From the NCBI RefSeq assembly GCF_000400465.1, contig NW_008806282.1:360001-392000 (forward strand): DNA of 32,000 bases. Direction: 5' to 3'. This DNA is from Wallemia ichthyophaga EXF-994 (Eukaryota > Fungi > Basidiomycota). The translations under genes were made by a program, and so were the position numbers. This document shows positions 31,702-32,000 of the stretch, one piece after another (positions within the stretch are counted from its first letter, which is position 1; each line of letters opens with the position of its first letter). The notes below the pieces were generated by a model, which was given only the letters and a program-made list of their open reading frames with translations, had not been told where the DNA came from and made no database searches.

Positions 31702-32000
31702 TTAACATTCTCTGCTGTCATTGTATCCGCAATTGTGTTCTGCTATTCTGCCTCCTTTATTTTGACACCAATTAGTCACACGTGTAATATCTATTGAATT
31801 CTTATTTCCGTTAGAAGTGTCGCTCCCGGGTGCATAGTCCTCGAAGCGGCAGTACGTGCAGGCTGATGCGACAAAGTTACAACCGTGGCAGCTATACCAT
31901 GCGCAACTATCTTCCGGAACAGGACTTTGAATTCCTGGCTCTTATTATCAGAAAATATTAGTTTATATTTCTCATCATTACCCTTTATAACTTTGCCAGT
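31702..32000 (-). CDS. Small secreted cysteine-rich protein, array copy C (5' end outside the window)
   Basis: Partial exon 1 ..TGKVIKG (32000-31982), intron 31981-31935, exon 2 31934-31702 open to TAA: IQSPVPEDSCAWYSCHGCNFVASACTYCRFEDYAPGSDTSNGNKNSIDITRVTNWCQNKGGRIAEHNCGYNDSREC*. Confidence 0.85.

Larger units (their letters stand above)
28940..32000 (-). repeat. Degenerate tandem duplication (about 0.8-1.1 kb units) carrying the Cys-rich gene family
   Basis: Non-coding flanks align between units: GACAGCAGAGATCA..TAGTTACC.ATCAAGCT at 28941-28973 and 30503-30535, CCTCGGCACAGG at 29462 and 31063, AGACCAT.TCTTAAC.TTTTG.GTGGC at 29739 and 31297. Confidence 0.85.

Noticed and set aside
29038-32000. 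Hydrophobin cluster, CRISPR array or transposon as explanations for the repeats
   Set aside because: There are no CC doublets or 8-Cys hydrophobin spacing, no short identical repeats with spacers, and no transposase/RT motifs or terminal repeats. The repeats are diverged gene duplications.

Overview
This is a eukaryotic window from a very compact fungal genome. Introns are 42-57 nt (GT..AG with CTAAC/CTCAC/CTGAC-type branch points) and most intergenic gaps are 10-120 nt. The compactness and basidiomycete-type proteins suggest a Wallemia-like organism (inference, not searched). Bases 1-28,586 hold densely packed genes: UBC9 (5' end only, absent from the ORF track), NUF2, a PIG-X-like gene, HEM14, STT4, a KIC1/Nak1-type STE20 kinase, RPS20, UPF2, a probable complex I accessory subunit, a DH-BAR RhoGEF, YJU2, VPS23, a fatty-acid dioxygenase, a heme-thiolate peroxidase, SNF4 and ATP5. 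Two things stand out. (1) A Ppo/linoleate-diol-synthase-type dioxygenase stops at the end of its peroxidase domain and has no C-terminal P450 domain. It is transcribed head-to-head with a probably membrane-anchored heme-thiolate peroxidase that appears to carry Asn at the catalytic Glu position. Together they may form a split two-gene oxylipin pathway (hypothesis). (2) The AT-rich end of the window (about 28.9-32 kb), which looks empty in the ORF track, is a tandem array of two-exon genes for small secreted 10-Cys proteins: two complete copies, one copy cut by the window edge and one pseudogene. Gene models were spliced by hand and family assignments come from motif recognition; no database searches were run.
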